From the NCBI GenBank assembly GCA_049860595.1, contig CP187551.1: a stretch of DNA of 64,000 nucleotides; one strand, 5' to 3'. This DNA is from Methanocaldococcus sp. 16A. GTDB lineage: Archaea; AGJL01; Methanococci; Methanococcales; Methanocaldococcaceae. The notes beneath the pieces were generated by a model, which saw only the letters and a program-made list of their open reading frames with translations, did not search any database and had not been told where the DNA came from. The position numbers were made by a program, and so were the translations under genes. Shown piece after piece: positions 31,479 through 42,412 of the stretch (its first letter is position 1; every line of letters starts with the position of its first letter).

Positions 31479-31604
31479 GCCCAACTTACAATATATCTAT
31501 AATAACAATACACCTTTTTATTTTTTGTGCATATTGATAGAAATATTCAAATATTTGGAATTACATGGAATTAAAATTAAATACTCCCTATTTTGATATT
31601 TTGA

Positions 31605-31772
31605 CAGGACTTTCGCAGGATATAAATACTATAGGACTTTCGCAGTTTATATATTAAGTAATGAAAATATGATGCCAAGGGCATCAAATCTACCTTTTAA
31701 TATCTATTCCTGCGAAAGTCCTATACTATAAGGCGTCAAAGTACTTAAGTCATATATATGCCAAAAGTCCTG
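31605..31772. mobile_element. Older degenerate MJRE-like MITE, host of a nested copy
   Basis: CAGGACTTTCGCA ... TGCCAAAAGTCCTG outer inverted ends. Confidence 0.65.
31632..31723. mobile_element. Intact MJRE-like MITE nested in an older copy
   Basis: Perfect TAGGACTTTCGCAG/CTGCGAAAGTCCTA TIRs, TA flanks, GATGCC-AAG-GGCATC hairpin. Confidence 0.85.
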
Positions 31773-31805
31773 ATAACTCTTTTATTAGGAAGTTCTGGTG
31801 AGAAG

Positions 31806-32486
31806 ATGAAGATTGTTTTTGATTTGGGAGGCTCGGTTGTGATGCCAAAAGAGGGAGCCAATGCTGAAAAAATTAAAGAATATGCCAATGCCTTTAAAAA
31901 GATTAAGGATGAGGGACATGAGGTAGCTATAGTTGTTGGAGGAGGAAAAACAGCGAGAGAATATATACAGATAGGAAGAAAACTTGGAGCTAATGAGAGT
32001 TTTTGTGATGAGCTTGGAATAATGGCTACAAGAATGAATGCAATGATTATAATCACTGCTTTAGGAAATTATAGTATAAAAAAAGTCCCTACATCATTTG
32101 AAGAGGCGGAGTTTATATTAAACTTAGGAAAAATTCCTGTGATGGGAGGGACTCATCCTGGACACACAACTGATGCAGTTGCAGCTTCATTGGCAGAGTT
32201 TATAAATGCTGATTTGTTAGTTATTGGAACAAATGTTGATGGTGTTTATGACAAAGACCCACATAAATATAAAGATGCTAAAAAATTCGATAAGATGAGT
32301 GCTAAACAGCTCGTTGATTTAGCATTATCTTCTTCATTAAAGGCAGGTTCATCATCAGTTGTTGATTTATTAGCTGCTAAGATTATTGAGAGAGCTAAAT
32401 TAAAAGTGGCAGTTGTTAAAGGAACACCTGAAGAGCTTTTAAATGTTAGTAAAGGAATAATAAATGGAACAATAATCGAGGGATAA
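31806..32486 (+). CDS. pyrH: Uridylate kinase
   Basis: MKIVFDLGGSV, VVGGGKTAR, GGTHPGHTTDAVAA, DGVYDKDP. GGTGA RBS before ATG 31806. Confidence 0.96.
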   Translation: MKIVFDLGGSVVMPKEGANAEKIKEYANAFKKIKDEGHEVAIVVGGGKTAREYIQIGRKLGANESFCDELGIMATRMNAMIIITALGNYSIKKVPTSFEEAEFILNLGKIPVMGGTHPGHTTDAVAASLAEFINADLLVIGTNVDGVYDKDPHKYKDAKKFDKMSAKQLVDLALSSSLKAGSSSVVDLLAAKIIERAKLKVAVVKGTPEELLNVSKGIINGTIIEG

Positions 32487-32487
32487 A

Positions 32488-32682
32488 ATGGAAATTCCAA
32501 AGCATAGACACTGTTTAAATTGTGGTATCTCAATTCCTCCAGACCAAGTTTTCTGCTCAGAAAAATGCAGAATTGAATATATGCAAAGAAGGAAAAGGAT
32601 GTTAAGAACTCAATATATGTTTTTAGCAATTGCTGGGCTCATAATTCTATACTATATTATCACAATAGCATTAAAAGCATAA
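32488..32682 (+). CDS. DUF2116 Zn-ribbon small membrane protein
   Basis: HRHCLNCG..IPPD..FCSEKC plus C-terminal TM helix. Confidence 0.85.
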   Translation: MEIPKHRHCLNCGISIPPDQVFCSEKCRIEYMQRRKRMLRTQYMFLAIAGLIILYYIITIALKA

Positions 32683-32722
32683 AACCAAAAATTATTTAAA
32701 ATATTAAGAGTTCAATTATTAT

Positions 32723-32841
32723 CGCCTATTGTCCTGACTCCTATTTAAGGAGTTGGGACGTGTCGATGACCCAGTTGAGTTTCTACCCCTCTAATCCCCA
32801 GAGGGGTAGTAAAATGATGAAGCTGGGGAGGCGTAGGGTGA
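32723..32841 (+). ncRNA. GC-rich structured K-turn ncRNA, HgcC-like
   Basis: GC island in AT-rich intergenic DNA. Stems CGCCT/AGGCG, GTCCTGACTCCT/AGGAGTTGGGAC, CCCAGTT/AGCTGGG, CTACCCCTCT/AGAGGGGTAG. TTGA/ATGATGA K-turn. TATTTAAA box about 25 bp upstream. Family assignment is from recall. Confidence 0.7.
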
Positions 32842-32958
32842 AATGTAGATATTTATAAAAATACTCTTAAAAAATCTGTTTTATCAAACTTAAAAGTTAA
32901 TTTAAAAATTTGGAAACTGAAAACAAATAACAAAAATAAAAATATAGGAGGGAATACA

Positions 32959-33351
32959 ATGCCAACAGCAAAATTCGTAGTTGCAGACCCAAAAACAGGA
33001 AGATGCTACCAAATTGAGGCAGACAATACACCATTAGTTGGTAAGAAAATTGGAGAAACCTTTGATGGAAAAATTTTAGGTTTAGAAGGGTACAAATTGC
33101 AAATAACAGGAGGTACTGATTCAAGCGGTTTCCCAATGAGACCTGACATCCACGGAAGTAGAAAGGTTAGAGTTTTATTAAGTGCTCCACCAGGATTCAG
33201 ACCAAAAAGAAAAGGAGAAAGAAGAAGAAAAACAGTTAGAGGAAATACAATAGCTCCTGATATCGTCCAAATTAACGTTAAAGTTGTTGAATATGGGGAG
33301 AAATCAATTCCTGAATTGTTAGGATTAGAAGGTGGAAATGAAGAGCAATAA
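32959..33351 (+). CDS. rps6e: 30S ribosomal protein S6e
   Basis: [35 protein letters not shown]. Confidence 0.97.
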   Translation: MPTAKFVVADPKTGRCYQIEADNTPLVGKKIGETFDGKILGLEGYKLQITGGTDSSGFPMRPDIHGSRKVRVLLSAPPGFRPKRKGERRRKTVRGNTIAPDIVQINVKVVEYGEKSIPELLGLEGGNEEQ

Positions 33352-33601
33352 AATAAAATTATCCACTCAACTTTTAAATTTATTTTTTTGTTGTGGCTAT
33401 TTTATATTAATAGTATTCAATTATAGCATTCAATTTTTAAGCTAAACTAAAATTATAAATAATGAAAATATCCTAAGATATTTAAAATTTAAAAAATTAA
33501 AAAAATTCTATTGTGAAAGTTGTCAATTGCGTTATTAAATGATTTTTATGGATAAAGATAGTAATTAACAATTCTTTAATAATTACTTATGAGGGATAAT
33601 T

Positions 33602-34840
33602 ATGGCAAAGAAAAAACAAGCAGCTAAACAGGCAGAAGTAAATATTGGAATGGTTGGACACGTTGACCATGGAAAAACAAGTTTAACAAAAGCATTAACA
33701 GGAGTTTGGACTGACAGACATAGTGAAGAGTTAAGAAGAGGAATTTCAATTAGATTAGGTTATGCTGATTGTGAGATAAGAAAATGCCCACAATGTGGAA
33801 CTTACACAACAAAACCAAGATGTCCAAACTGTTTAGCTGAAACAGAGTTTTTAAGAAGAGTCTCTTTTGTAGATTCCCCAGGACATGAAACATTGATGGC
33901 TACAATGCTCTCTGGAGCTTCTTTGATGGATGGAGCAATTTTGGTTATAGCTGCTAATGAACCATGCCCACAACCTCAAACAAAAGAGCATTTAATGGCT
34001 TTGGAGATTTTAGGAATTGATAAAATTATTATTGTGCAAAATAAAATTGATTTAGTAGATGAAAAACAGGCAGAAGAAAATTATGAGCAAATAAAAGAAT
34101 TTGTTAAGGGAACAATTGCTGAAAATGCCCCAATAATTCCAATCTCAGCCCACCACGAAGCAAACATTGATGTTTTATTGAAGGCAATACAGGACTTTAT
34201 TCCAACACCTAAAAGAGACCCTGACGCTACACCAAGAATGTATGTTGCAAGAAGCTTTGACATAAACAAGCCAGGAACTGAGATTAAGGATTTAAAAGGA
34301 GGAGTTTTAGGAGGAGCAATTATCCAAGGAGTATTTAAAGTTGGGGATGAGATTGAAATAAGACCTGGAATCAAAGTAACTGAAGGTAACAAAACATTCT
34401 GGAAACCATTAACTACAAAGATTGTTTCATTAGCCGCTGGAAATACCATACTTAGAAAAGCTCATCCAGGAGGTTTGATTGGTGTTGGGACTACATTAGA
34501 CCCATATTTAACAAAATCAGATGCCTTAACTGGAAGCGTTGTTGGATTGCCTGGTACTCTACCACCAATTAGAGAAAAAATAACAATAAGAGCCAATTTG
34601 TTGGATAGAGTTGTAGGAACTAAGGAGGAATTACAGATAGAGCCATTGAGAACAGGAGAGGTTTTAATGCTAAACATTGGAACTGCTACAACCGCAGGAG
34701 TTATAACATCAGCAAGGGGAGATATAGCAGATATAAAATTAAAACTCCCAATATGTGCTGAGATTGGAGATAGAGTAGCTATAAGCAGAAGAGTTGGTTC
34801 AAGGTGGAGATTGATAGGTTATGGAACTATTGAAGGATAA
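33602..34840 (+). CDS. eif2g: Translation initiation factor aIF-2 gamma
   Basis: [34 protein letters not shown]. Confidence 0.98.
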   Translation: MAKKKQAAKQAEVNIGMVGHVDHGKTSLTKALTGVWTDRHSEELRRGISIRLGYADCEIRKCPQCGTYTTKPRCPNCLAETEFLRRVSFVDSPGHETLMATMLSGASLMDGAILVIAANEPCPQPQTKEHLMALEILGIDKIIIVQNKIDLVDEKQAEENYEQIKEFVKGTIAENAPIIPISAHHEANIDVLLKAIQDFIPTPKRDPDATPRMYVARSFDINKPGTEIKDLKGGVLGGAIIQGVFKVGDEIEIRPGIKVTEGNKTFWKPLTTKIVSLAAGNTILRKAHPGGLIGVGTTLDPYLTKSDALTGSVVGLPGTLPPIREKITIRANLLDRVVGTKEELQIEPLRTGEVLMLNIGTATTAGVITSARGDIADIKLKLPICAEIGDRVAISRRVGSRWRLIGYGTIEG

Positions 34841-34857
34841 AATTTGAGGGATTAATA

Positions 34858-35940
34858 ATGATTGAATATCTCTTAAAAAATAAAGAACGGATTATCAAAA
34901 AAATGGAAAAAATTAATAAAATATCCTACAACATCAATGAATATTGGATTGAAGATAATTTTGATGATTCAGTTGAGATGAACTTTGCTGGTGGAGATGG
35001 GAGTTATAATCATATTGACTATATCTCATTTTCATTTTTTGGTGTTGGAGCAGTTAGTTTTATCCACAAAATTGGAGAAAAAGTTAAAAAAACTAAAGAT
35101 AGCTACATTTTTGACATTTCTCATCCATTAGATATTGAAAATAGATTAAGAACTTATATGCTCACTTTAGAGCTAAAAACAGCTCTCCATGTTTTAAAAA
35201 ATTATGACATTGATTATTATCTTTTGGACGGTTCATTATTTTCCCTACTAATCTTTGCAAAGACCAACATTGATAAAGCTGATAAAGATAGGTTTAATTC
35301 TATATACAAAGAATATAAAAAAGAATTAGATAAATATATCGAAGAAGAGATAAAAACTGGAGATATTGGTGTTATATCAAAAGATTTAGAATTGGATAGA
35401 GATGAAAAATTATTAGTTGAGCATGCTGAGTATATATTAACATTAACTAAACTTTTAAAGGAATTTAAAGATAAATTAATTGGTATTTCAAAAACATCTA
35501 AGATAAATATTTATTTTAATGCTGAAATACCAGATATTGCTGTTTTCACAAAATTTACCAATAAGGAAGGTTATTCTATTCCAATAAACTTTATAGAAAT
35601 GATAGGGGAGAAAAAAGGAAAAGTATATAGCCAATTAAGTAGTATAATAAAAGGAATAAACTTTATAAGTAAATATGATGGGAATATTGAAACAGCATAC
35701 ATACAGTTTGTAAGATTGGAGGATAACTGTGGAGTAGTAGGAATAACAAGCTTTAATGAAATAAATAAGGAAGTCTTATCTTCACTAAAGCAGATATCTA
35801 TTAACGGCTACCCCTACATATTAAAAAAATCACATGAAATTGTTGAGATAACTAATAAAAAATTGCAGGCAATTGCAAAAATGCTTAATATTGATGACCC
35901 AATTGCAAGACACGTTTTAGGAAAAAGAAAAAAATTCTGA
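34858..35940 (+). CDS. nurA: NurA 5'-3' nuclease
   Basis: GGDGS, ELK, LLDGSL, ISKTS, GYPYIL..SHE NurA motifs. Confidence 0.88.
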   Translation: MIEYLLKNKERIIKKMEKINKISYNINEYWIEDNFDDSVEMNFAGGDGSYNHIDYISFSFFGVGAVSFIHKIGEKVKKTKDSYIFDISHPLDIENRLRTYMLTLELKTALHVLKNYDIDYYLLDGSLFSLLIFAKTNIDKADKDRFNSIYKEYKKELDKYIEEEIKTGDIGVISKDLELDRDEKLLVEHAEYILTLTKLLKEFKDKLIGISKTSKINIYFNAEIPDIAVFTKFTNKEGYSIPINFIEMIGEKKGKVYSQLSSIIKGINFISKYDGNIETAYIQFVRLEDNCGVVGITSFNEINKEVLSSLKQISINGYPYILKKSHEIVEITNKKLQAIAKMLNIDDPIARHVLGKRKKF

Positions 35941-35957
35941 CATAAAGGAGGGGGATA

Positions 35958-37913
35958 ATGAAGTATTTAATAACTACCGCCTTAGCATACACAAACGGTC
36001 CTCTACACTTAGGTCATGCAAGAAGCACCTACATCCCAGCAGATATTATGTATAAATATTTAAAGTTGAGAGGAGAGGATGTTATCCATATAGGTGGAAC
36101 TGACAACCATGGAGTTCCAATAACATTAACTGCCGAGAAAGAAGGAAAAAGTCCAGAAGAAATTGTTGAAAAATACCATAATGAGATTAAAGAAGATTTA
36201 GATTTATTAGGAGTAGAGTTTGATGCTTTTGGAAAGACTCACAGCCAAATACATATAGAAACAGCTCAGGAATTTTATTTAAAATTGAAAGAAAACGGCT
36301 ATATATATGAAAAAGAGATAGAGCAATTTTACTGCCCAAACTGTAAAAAATTCTTGCCAGATAGATATGTTGAAGGAATCTGCCCATACTGTGGAGGGGA
36401 AGCAAGAGGTGACCACTGTGAGGTTTGTGGAAGACACTTAGAACCGTTTGAGTTGAAAGAGCCTTACTGCGTTATCTGCAAAGGGAAGCCTGAGATTAAG
36501 AAAACAAAACATTACTTCTTTAAGTTAAGTGCTTTAAAAAAGGAGTTAGAGGAATATATAAAAAATGCAGAGGAAATGCCAGAGCATGTTAAAAATATGG
36601 CATTAAATTGGATTAAAGAGTTGCATGATTGGGATATTTCAAGGGACATAAGCTGGGGAGTTCCAATTCCTGGAACCAATCAAGTAATGTATGTTTGGTT
36701 AGAGGCACCTATTGGCTATATCTCATTTACAAAAATGTTGGGGGATGTTTGGAAGAAATATTGGTTAGAGAAAGATACAAAGATTTATCACTTCATTGGG
36801 AAGGATATAACTGTCCATCATGCTGTATTTTGGCCAGGAATGTTAATTGCTCATGGAGATTACAATTTGCCAACAGCAGTTATTAGTGGAGGTTATTTAA
36901 CTTTAGAAGGAAGAAAGATGAGTACAAGTAAAAGATGGGTAGTTTGGGTTAAAGATTTTGTAAAACACTTTGATGCTGATTATTTAAGATATTATTTAAT
37001 TATGTCAGCTCCTTTGTTTAAAGATTGTGATTTCTCATTTGACGATTTCAAAAATAAGATAAATAATGAGCTAATCAATATAATTGGAAACTTTACTCAC
37101 AGAGTTTTAACATTCACACATAGAAAGTTTAAAAAAGTGCCTATTGTTGATGAAAACAGACTGAAAGAGGAAGATAAAGCTTTATTGAAAAAATGTGAAG
37201 AGACTATTGAGGCAGTGGATAAAAACATAAGGAGCTTTAAGTTTAGAGATGCTTTAGTTAGCATATTACATCTTGCTATTGAAGGAAACAGCTACTTCCA
37301 AAAGATGGAACCATGGGCAGTTGATAATGAAGAAAGATTAGAGGAAATATTATATACTTGCTGTAAGACAGTAAAAACTCTCTCCTATTTGTTATATCCA
37401 TACATGCCAAGAAAATCTTCTGAATTATTGGAATTAATGAATGAAGAACTTGATTTGAATTTGAGAGGGAATGAGTTGAAAAAACCAAAGATTATATTTA
37501 AAAAGATAGATGATAAAAAGATAGAAGAGATTAAGAAAAAACTTTATGAAAATAAAATAGAAGAAAATGAAGGAGGAGATAAAATGGAGCAAATAGATAT
37601 AAGTTATTTAGAAAAGATTGATTTGAGAGTAGGAGAGATTGTTGAAGCAGAGGACATACCAAAGTCTAAAAAGTTGTTAAAACTAATTGTTGATTTAGGA
37701 GATGAGAAAAGACAGATAGTTTCAGGAATTAAAAACTACTATAAACCAGAAGAGTTAGTTGGTAAAAAAGTTATAGTTATTTGCAACTTAAAACCAGCAA
37801 AATTGTGTGGAGTTTTATCTGAAGGTATGATTTTAGCAGCTGAAGATGATGAAGGGAATGTTAGCTTATTAACTATTGATAAAGACATAAAAGCAGGTAG
37901 TAAGGTTAGATAA
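35958..37913 (+). CDS. metG: Methionine--tRNA ligase with C-terminal Trbp111-like domain
   Basis: HLGH, zinc knuckles, KMSTS, C-terminal [15 protein letters not shown] fold. Confidence 0.98.
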   Translation: MKYLITTALAYTNGPLHLGHARSTYIPADIMYKYLKLRGEDVIHIGGTDNHGVPITLTAEKEGKSPEEIVEKYHNEIKEDLDLLGVEFDAFGKTHSQIHIETAQEFYLKLKENGYIYEKEIEQFYCPNCKKFLPDRYVEGICPYCGGEARGDHCEVCGRHLEPFELKEPYCVICKGKPEIKKTKHYFFKLSALKKELEEYIKNAEEMPEHVKNMALNWIKELHDWDISRDISWGVPIPGTNQVMYVWLEAPIGYISFTKMLGDVWKKYWLEKDTKIYHFIGKDITVHHAVFWPGMLIAHGDYNLPTAVISGGYLTLEGRKMSTSKRWVVWVKDFVKHFDADYLRYYLIMSAPLFKDCDFSFDDFKNKINNELINIIGNFTHRVLTFTHRKFKKVPIVDENRLKEEDKALLKKCEETIEAVDKNIRSFKFRDALVSILHLAIEGNSYFQKMEPWAVDNEERLEEILYTCCKTVKTLSYLLYPYMPRKSSELLELMNEELDLNLRGNELKKPKIIFKKIDDKKIEEIKKKLYENKIEENEGGDKMEQIDISYLEKIDLRVGEIVEAEDIPKSKKLLKLIVDLGDEKRQIVSGIKNYYKPEELVGKKVIVICNLKPAKLCGVLSEGMILAAEDDEGNVSLLTIDKDIKAGSKVR

Positions 37914-37940
37914 AAAAATAAAAATTTTATTCTGAATAGT

Positions 37941-40142
37941 TTAAAGTTCTCCCATCATTTTTGGAAATGCTTCATAATATCTCTTTTTAATTTCATTTAC
38001 ATTCAAATCAATAACGTTCTTTTCATTAATCTTTATTTTCAATCTATTTCCTCCAACTTTTCCAATTACATAGGTAGAACTTAGCTTGCTAAGAACTTTA
38101 TCTTTATTTTCTTCTCTAACAGCTAAAATTATTCTTCCAGAGGTTTCTGAGAACAACAATACATCCTCTCTTAAATTGTTTTTATTATAGGAGGTTAAAT
38201 CAACTTCTAAACCAATATTGTTTAATATAGCCATTTTAGCCAAAGCTACAGCTAAACCTCCTCTTGAACAATCCACAGCCTCAGTAACTAATCCCTCTTT
38301 TATAACCTCTCTAACTTCAGCATAAATCTTCTTTTCCTTCTCTAAATCCACTCTTGGGACTTTTCCTTCTTCAGTATTGTGTATAACTTTATAATACTCA
38401 CTACCTCCCATCTCATCTTTTGTTTCATTTGTAATTATTAATATATCTCCTTCCTTAATCTTATTATCTAAAACTCCTGGAACTTTTTCAACATTTTCTA
38501 CTCTACCAAGTACAAATATTGCTGGAGTAGGGTTTATTGGAAACTCTTTTCCTTCAATAATTGTTTCATTGTATAAACTTACATTTCCTCCAACAACCGG
38601 AATTTCAAAAAATTCAGCAGCATCTGCTAAACCTCTTATACACTCAGCTAACTGCCAAAATCTCTCTGGTCTTTCAGGATTTCCAAAGTTTAAATTATCA
38701 AGCATGGCTATTGGTTCAGCTCCAACTGTTGCTAAATTTCTCACAGCTTCAGCAACGGCATTTACAGCCCCTACATAAGGGTTTAGTTTGCAGTATCTTG
38801 AATTACAGTCTGTTGTTAAAGCAATTCCCATAGGATAAATCTCATTTATTCTTAAAACAGCTGCATCTTTTCCTGGCTTTACAACAGTTCTTATTTGGAC
38901 CTCATGGTCATACTGTTGATAAATCCATTCTTTTGAGCAAATATTTGGACTTTCAAGCAATTTTAATAACACTTCATTCAAATCTTCAGGCATTTTTATT
39001 TTTTCTTTATCATCATCTCTTTCTTTTAAATCTTCTTTAGCTTCTCTATCATATAAAGGAGCTTCACATAACAAATCTAATGGTAAATCAACTACAACTT
39101 CTCCTTTGTATTTGGCAATAATTCTCTTTTCTGGAATTGTTTTTCCAATAACTGATGCAGGTAGTTCATACTTTTTAAATATCTCAATTATCTCATTTTC
39201 ACTTCCTGGTTCAACAGCTAACAACATCCTTTCCTGACTTTCAGAGACCATAATTTCGTATGGAGTTAGAGGCTCCCTCAATACAACATTTTCTAAGTAA
39301 AGCTCACAACCTACTCCTCCACCATAGCACATCTCAGATGAAGCCCCTGAAAGACCTGCAGCACCTAAATCTTTCATTGCTTTAACTTTTCCTGTTTTTG
39401 TTGCTTCTAAGATAGCATCAATTAAACATTTTTCAGAAAATGCATCTCCCACCTGAACACTAGGCCTCTCTTCTTCACTTTCCTCAGTTAAATCCTTTGA
39501 TGCAAATGAAGCTCCTCCTATTCCATCCCTTCCAGTTGAGCCAACCAATATTAAAGATAAACCTGGCTCTTTAGCTTTCCCTGTAATAATTTCATTCTCC
39601 TTAACTAAACCAACACACACAACATTTACTAAGTTGTTGTAATCAAAAGAGCTATCAAATTCACATTCCCCACCAACTGTTGGAACACCTATCCTGTTTC
39701 CATAATCTCCAATACCTTTAACTACTCCTTCAATTAACCATCTAACTTTATCTCCTTCCTTTCCAAATATATCTCCAAACCTCAATGGGTCTAATAAAGC
39801 TATTGGTTTAGCTCCCATTGACAGAACATCTCTAACAATTCCTCCAACTCCTGTAGCAGCTCCATTGTATGGGTCTATGTATGATGGATGATTATGGCTT
39901 TCCATAGCTATTGCTAAGCAGATATCATCTTTCAATCTAATTACAGCAGCATCATCTCCAATTCCTATAACAATGTTTTTGTTTGTTTTCTCATTGATAG
40001 TTTTAGCAAACATCCTTAAGAGCTTTTTTGATGTTCTGTAAGCACAGTGCTCACTCCATAAGTTTTCAAACATTGCTAACTCTACGTGGTTTGGTTTTCT
40101 TCCTAAAACTTTTTCTATATACTTTAAATCATTCTCATCCAT
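37941..40142 (-). CDS. purL: FGAM synthase subunit PurL
   Basis: [36 protein letters not shown]. Confidence 0.98.
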   Translation of the reverse strand: MDENDLKYIEKVLGRKPNHVELAMFENLWSEHCAYRTSKKLLRMFAKTINEKTNKNIVIGIGDDAAVIRLKDDICLAIAMESHNHPSYIDPYNGAATGVGGIVRDVLSMGAKPIALLDPLRFGDIFGKEGDKVRWLIEGVVKGIGDYGNRIGVPTVGGECEFDSSFDYNNLVNVVCVGLVKENEIITGKAKEPGLSLILVGSTGRDGIGGASFASKDLTEESEEERPSVQVGDAFSEKCLIDAILEATKTGKVKAMKDLGAAGLSGASSEMCYGGGVGCELYLENVVLREPLTPYEIMVSESQERMLLAVEPGSENEIIEIFKKYELPASVIGKTIPEKRIIAKYKGEVVVDLPLDLLCEAPLYDREAKEDLKERDDDKEKIKMPEDLNEVLLKLLESPNICSKEWIYQQYDHEVQIRTVVKPGKDAAVLRINEIYPMGIALTTDCNSRYCKLNPYVGAVNAVAEAVRNLATVGAEPIAMLDNLNFGNPERPERFWQLAECIRGLADAAEFFEIPVVGGNVSLYNETIIEGKEFPINPTPAIFVLGRVENVEKVPGVLDNKIKEGDILIITNETKDEMGGSEYYKVIHNTEEGKVPRVDLEKEKKIYAEVREVIKEGLVTEAVDCSRGGLAVALAKMAILNNIGLEVDLTSYNKNNLREDVLLFSETSGRIILAVREENKDKVLSKLSSTYVIGKVGGNRLKIKINEKNVIDLNVNEIKKRYYEAFPKMMGEL

Positions 40143-40212
40143 AATTACACCTTATTAATATTATTTGGGTTGATATACAAAAAATGAAAAATTAACTATT
40201 AAACCTTTATGC

Positions 40213-40635
40213 TTATTCACTGAATATTTCATCCTCTTTAAAAAATAGTTTTATCTCTCTTTCAGCACTTTCCTTTGAGTCAGAAGCATGAATTACATTA
40301 TCTGGAGTTGTTAAAGCAAAATCTCCTCTTATAGTTCCTGGCTCTGCTTCAGTAGGGTTTGTTTTGCCTATCATTTTCCTCACAACAGCTATTGCATTTT
40401 CCCCCTCAATAACCATAACTATCATTCTTCCAGAGGTCATAAAGTTTATTAATCTTTCATAAAACTCTTTTCCTTTATGCTCTTCATACCATTTCTCTGC
40501 CATCTCTCTGTCTAATTTAATCATTTTCATAGCTATAATTTCTAAGCCCTTATTTTCAAATCTTTCAATAATTTTTCCAATCAATTTTCTTTTTACAGCA
40601 TCTGGTTTTAAAGCCACAAAGGTTCTTTCTTTCAT
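40213..40635 (-). CDS. ndk: Nucleoside diphosphate kinase
   Basis: [27 protein letters not shown]. Confidence 0.97.
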   Translation of the reverse strand: MKERTFVALKPDAVKRKLIGKIIERFENKGLEIIAMKMIKLDREMAEKWYEEHKGKEFYERLINFMTSGRMIVMVIEGENAIAVVRKMIGKTNPTEAEPGTIRGDFALTTPDNVIHASDSKESAEREIKLFFKEDEIFSE

Positions 40636-40893
40636 AGATATCACATTTTTAATTTTTACATTAAACATTTAATCTATTTTAGATGTTCATACTTTATAAA
40701 ATTTTGATGATGTGTCATTGAAATAGTAATAATATTTATTAATCAAATTCATCTTGTTCTATCCTAAAAATATTTCGCTATTCCATAAAAAATATTATTC
40801 CTACATTCTTAGATTAATTTAAATTTATATTCATTTACGCTAAATAAAAACTATATGTGGAAATATATAAAAATTTAAGTAATTTTATAATAT

Positions 40894-40910
40894 CCGCAAA
40901 AATTTTATAC
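40894..40910 (+). promoter_or_regulatory. BRE + TATA promoter of tRNA-Val
   Basis: CCGCAAAAA-TTTTATAC about 30 bp upstream of the tRNA. Confidence 0.65.
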
Positions 40911-40939
40911 CCTAAATATTGTTAAAATTTTTATGTATT

Positions 40940-41012
40940 GGGCTCGTGGTCTAGTGGCTATGACGCCGCCCTCACAAGGCGGTGGTCGCGGGTTCGAATC
41001 CCGCCGAGCCCA
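40940..41012 (+). tRNA. tRNA-Val(CAC), CCA not encoded
   Basis: Acceptor GGGCTCG/CGAGCCC-A, anticodon arm CCGCC-CTCACAA-GGCGG, T arm GCGGG-TTCGAAT-CCCGC. Confidence 0.96.
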
Positions 41013-41113
41013 CTATTTATTGTAGATATTTTTATTTCATTCATTTTTATTTAGTTTTTGAATTTTCTTTTTTTAGTCAAAGTTCGATATAGCCATAATT
41101 TTGAGGTGTTTTT

Positions 41114-42304
41114 ATGAAACTCAGAATGAAGCCAGAGGATTTTATCGTTGAAGAAATTATCGATTTTGATAAAATATCTGGAGATAAATGTTACTTATAC
41201 AAATTAACAAAAAGAAATATAGAGAGTTTAAAAGCCTTCTCCTATATATCAAAAAAATTTAAAATTCCATTAAAAGATATTGGTTACTGTGGATTGAAAG
41301 ATAGGCATGCTTTAACATCTCAATATATATCCATACCAAAAAAATATGGGAAACTAAGCTTAGACGAACCAAATTTAAAATTGAAGTTAGTTGGAGAATC
41401 AAAATTTTTATTATTGGGGGATTTAGAGGGGAATAAATTTACAATAACAGTTAGGGGTTTAAAAAAGGATGATATTCCAAAGATTAAAGAAAATTTAAAT
41501 TATTTAAATTATGGAGCTCCAAATTATTTTGATAGTCAGAGATTTGGTAGTGTTTTTGATAAAAAATTTATTGCTAAAGAAGTAATAAAAGGCAACTACG
41601 AAGAAGCTGTAAAAATATTACTAACAAAATACAAAAAATCTGAAAAGAAGATAATAAAAGATTTAAAGAGATTTATAGCTAAAAACTGGGGAGATTGGGA
41701 CAAGGTTTGGAAGTATATTAAAGAAAATAATATAAAGGCAAGATTATATGTAAATATGGTTAAAGAACTTAAAAAAAGTAATGATTACAAAAAAGCTTTA
41801 AGCTATGTTGATGATAGATTGAAGAAAATTTTTGTTGCTGCCTATCAAAGCTATCTATGGAATGAATGTGTAAAAGAGTTATTAAATAAATATATCCCAG
41901 AAAAAGATAGAGTTTATTACGAATATGAATGTGGAACTTTTATGTTTTACAAAAAAATGGATGATGAGATTTTTAATATCTTGAGGAGTAAAAAGTTTCC
42001 AACAATAGCACCAGATGTTGAATATCATGGAGAAGAAAGAGAAATTATTGACAAAATTTTAAAAAAAGAAGGAATTTCCATGGAAGAGTTAAATAACATT
42101 GGAGATTTAGGAAGATTTATATACAACGAGAGGAAGATAATCTTAATACCCAAAAATTTAAAAATTGGAGAATTTGAAGAGGATGAGTTAAATAAAGGAA
42201 AATATAAGATAACTTTAAGTTATGAATTAGAGAAAGGAAGTTATGCAACAATTATAATAAAGAGGGCTTTCTTAGGAGTAAAAACTAAAAAAAGAAAGAG
42301 ATAA
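41114..42304 (+). CDS. truD: tRNA pseudouridine(13) synthase TruD family
   Basis: PEDFIVEE, GLKDRHALTSQ, GNKFTI, PNYFDSQRFG, GSYAT. Confidence 0.95.
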   Translation: MKLRMKPEDFIVEEIIDFDKISGDKCYLYKLTKRNIESLKAFSYISKKFKIPLKDIGYCGLKDRHALTSQYISIPKKYGKLSLDEPNLKLKLVGESKFLLLGDLEGNKFTITVRGLKKDDIPKIKENLNYLNYGAPNYFDSQRFGSVFDKKFIAKEVIKGNYEEAVKILLTKYKKSEKKIIKDLKRFIAKNWGDWDKVWKYIKENNIKARLYVNMVKELKKSNDYKKALSYVDDRLKKIFVAAYQSYLWNECVKELLNKYIPEKDRVYYEYECGTFMFYKKMDDEIFNILRSKKFPTIAPDVEYHGEEREIIDKILKKEGISMEELNNIGDLGRFIYNERKIILIPKNLKIGEFEEDELNKGKYKITLSYELEKGSYATIIIKRAFLGVKTKKRKR

Positions 42305-42310
42305 TTTAAA

Positions 42311-42402
42311 TAGGACTTTCGCAGGAATAAATATTTTATTGAATATAGACACCTTTAAGTGTCTAAATTCCAAAATTAATATATTAAGTTGCGAAAGTCC
42401 TA
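42311..42402. mobile_element. MJRE-like palindromic MITE
   Basis: TAGGACTTTCGCAG ... TGCGAAAGTCCTA, central AGACAC/GTGTCT hairpin. Confidence 0.85.
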
Positions 42403-42412
42403 TTATATTTAA

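Noticed and set aside
31758-31805. N-terminal extensions in the ORF track for pyrH (similarly tfrB, mmp7, ndk, larC, rlmE)
   Set aside because: Extensions run through repeat or intergenic DNA or the upstream gene. Downstream ATGs have proper RBSs and match family N-termini.
32723-32841. Canonical box C/D guide, tRNA or SECIS
   Set aside because: C-to-D' spacer is only about 5 nt and pairs internally, there is no cloverleaf, and no upstream selenoprotein with an in-frame TGA was seen.
40940-41113. Integrated element at tRNA-Val or tRNA-Trp
   Set aside because: No integrase and no duplicated tRNA 3' end (att site) seen in the window.
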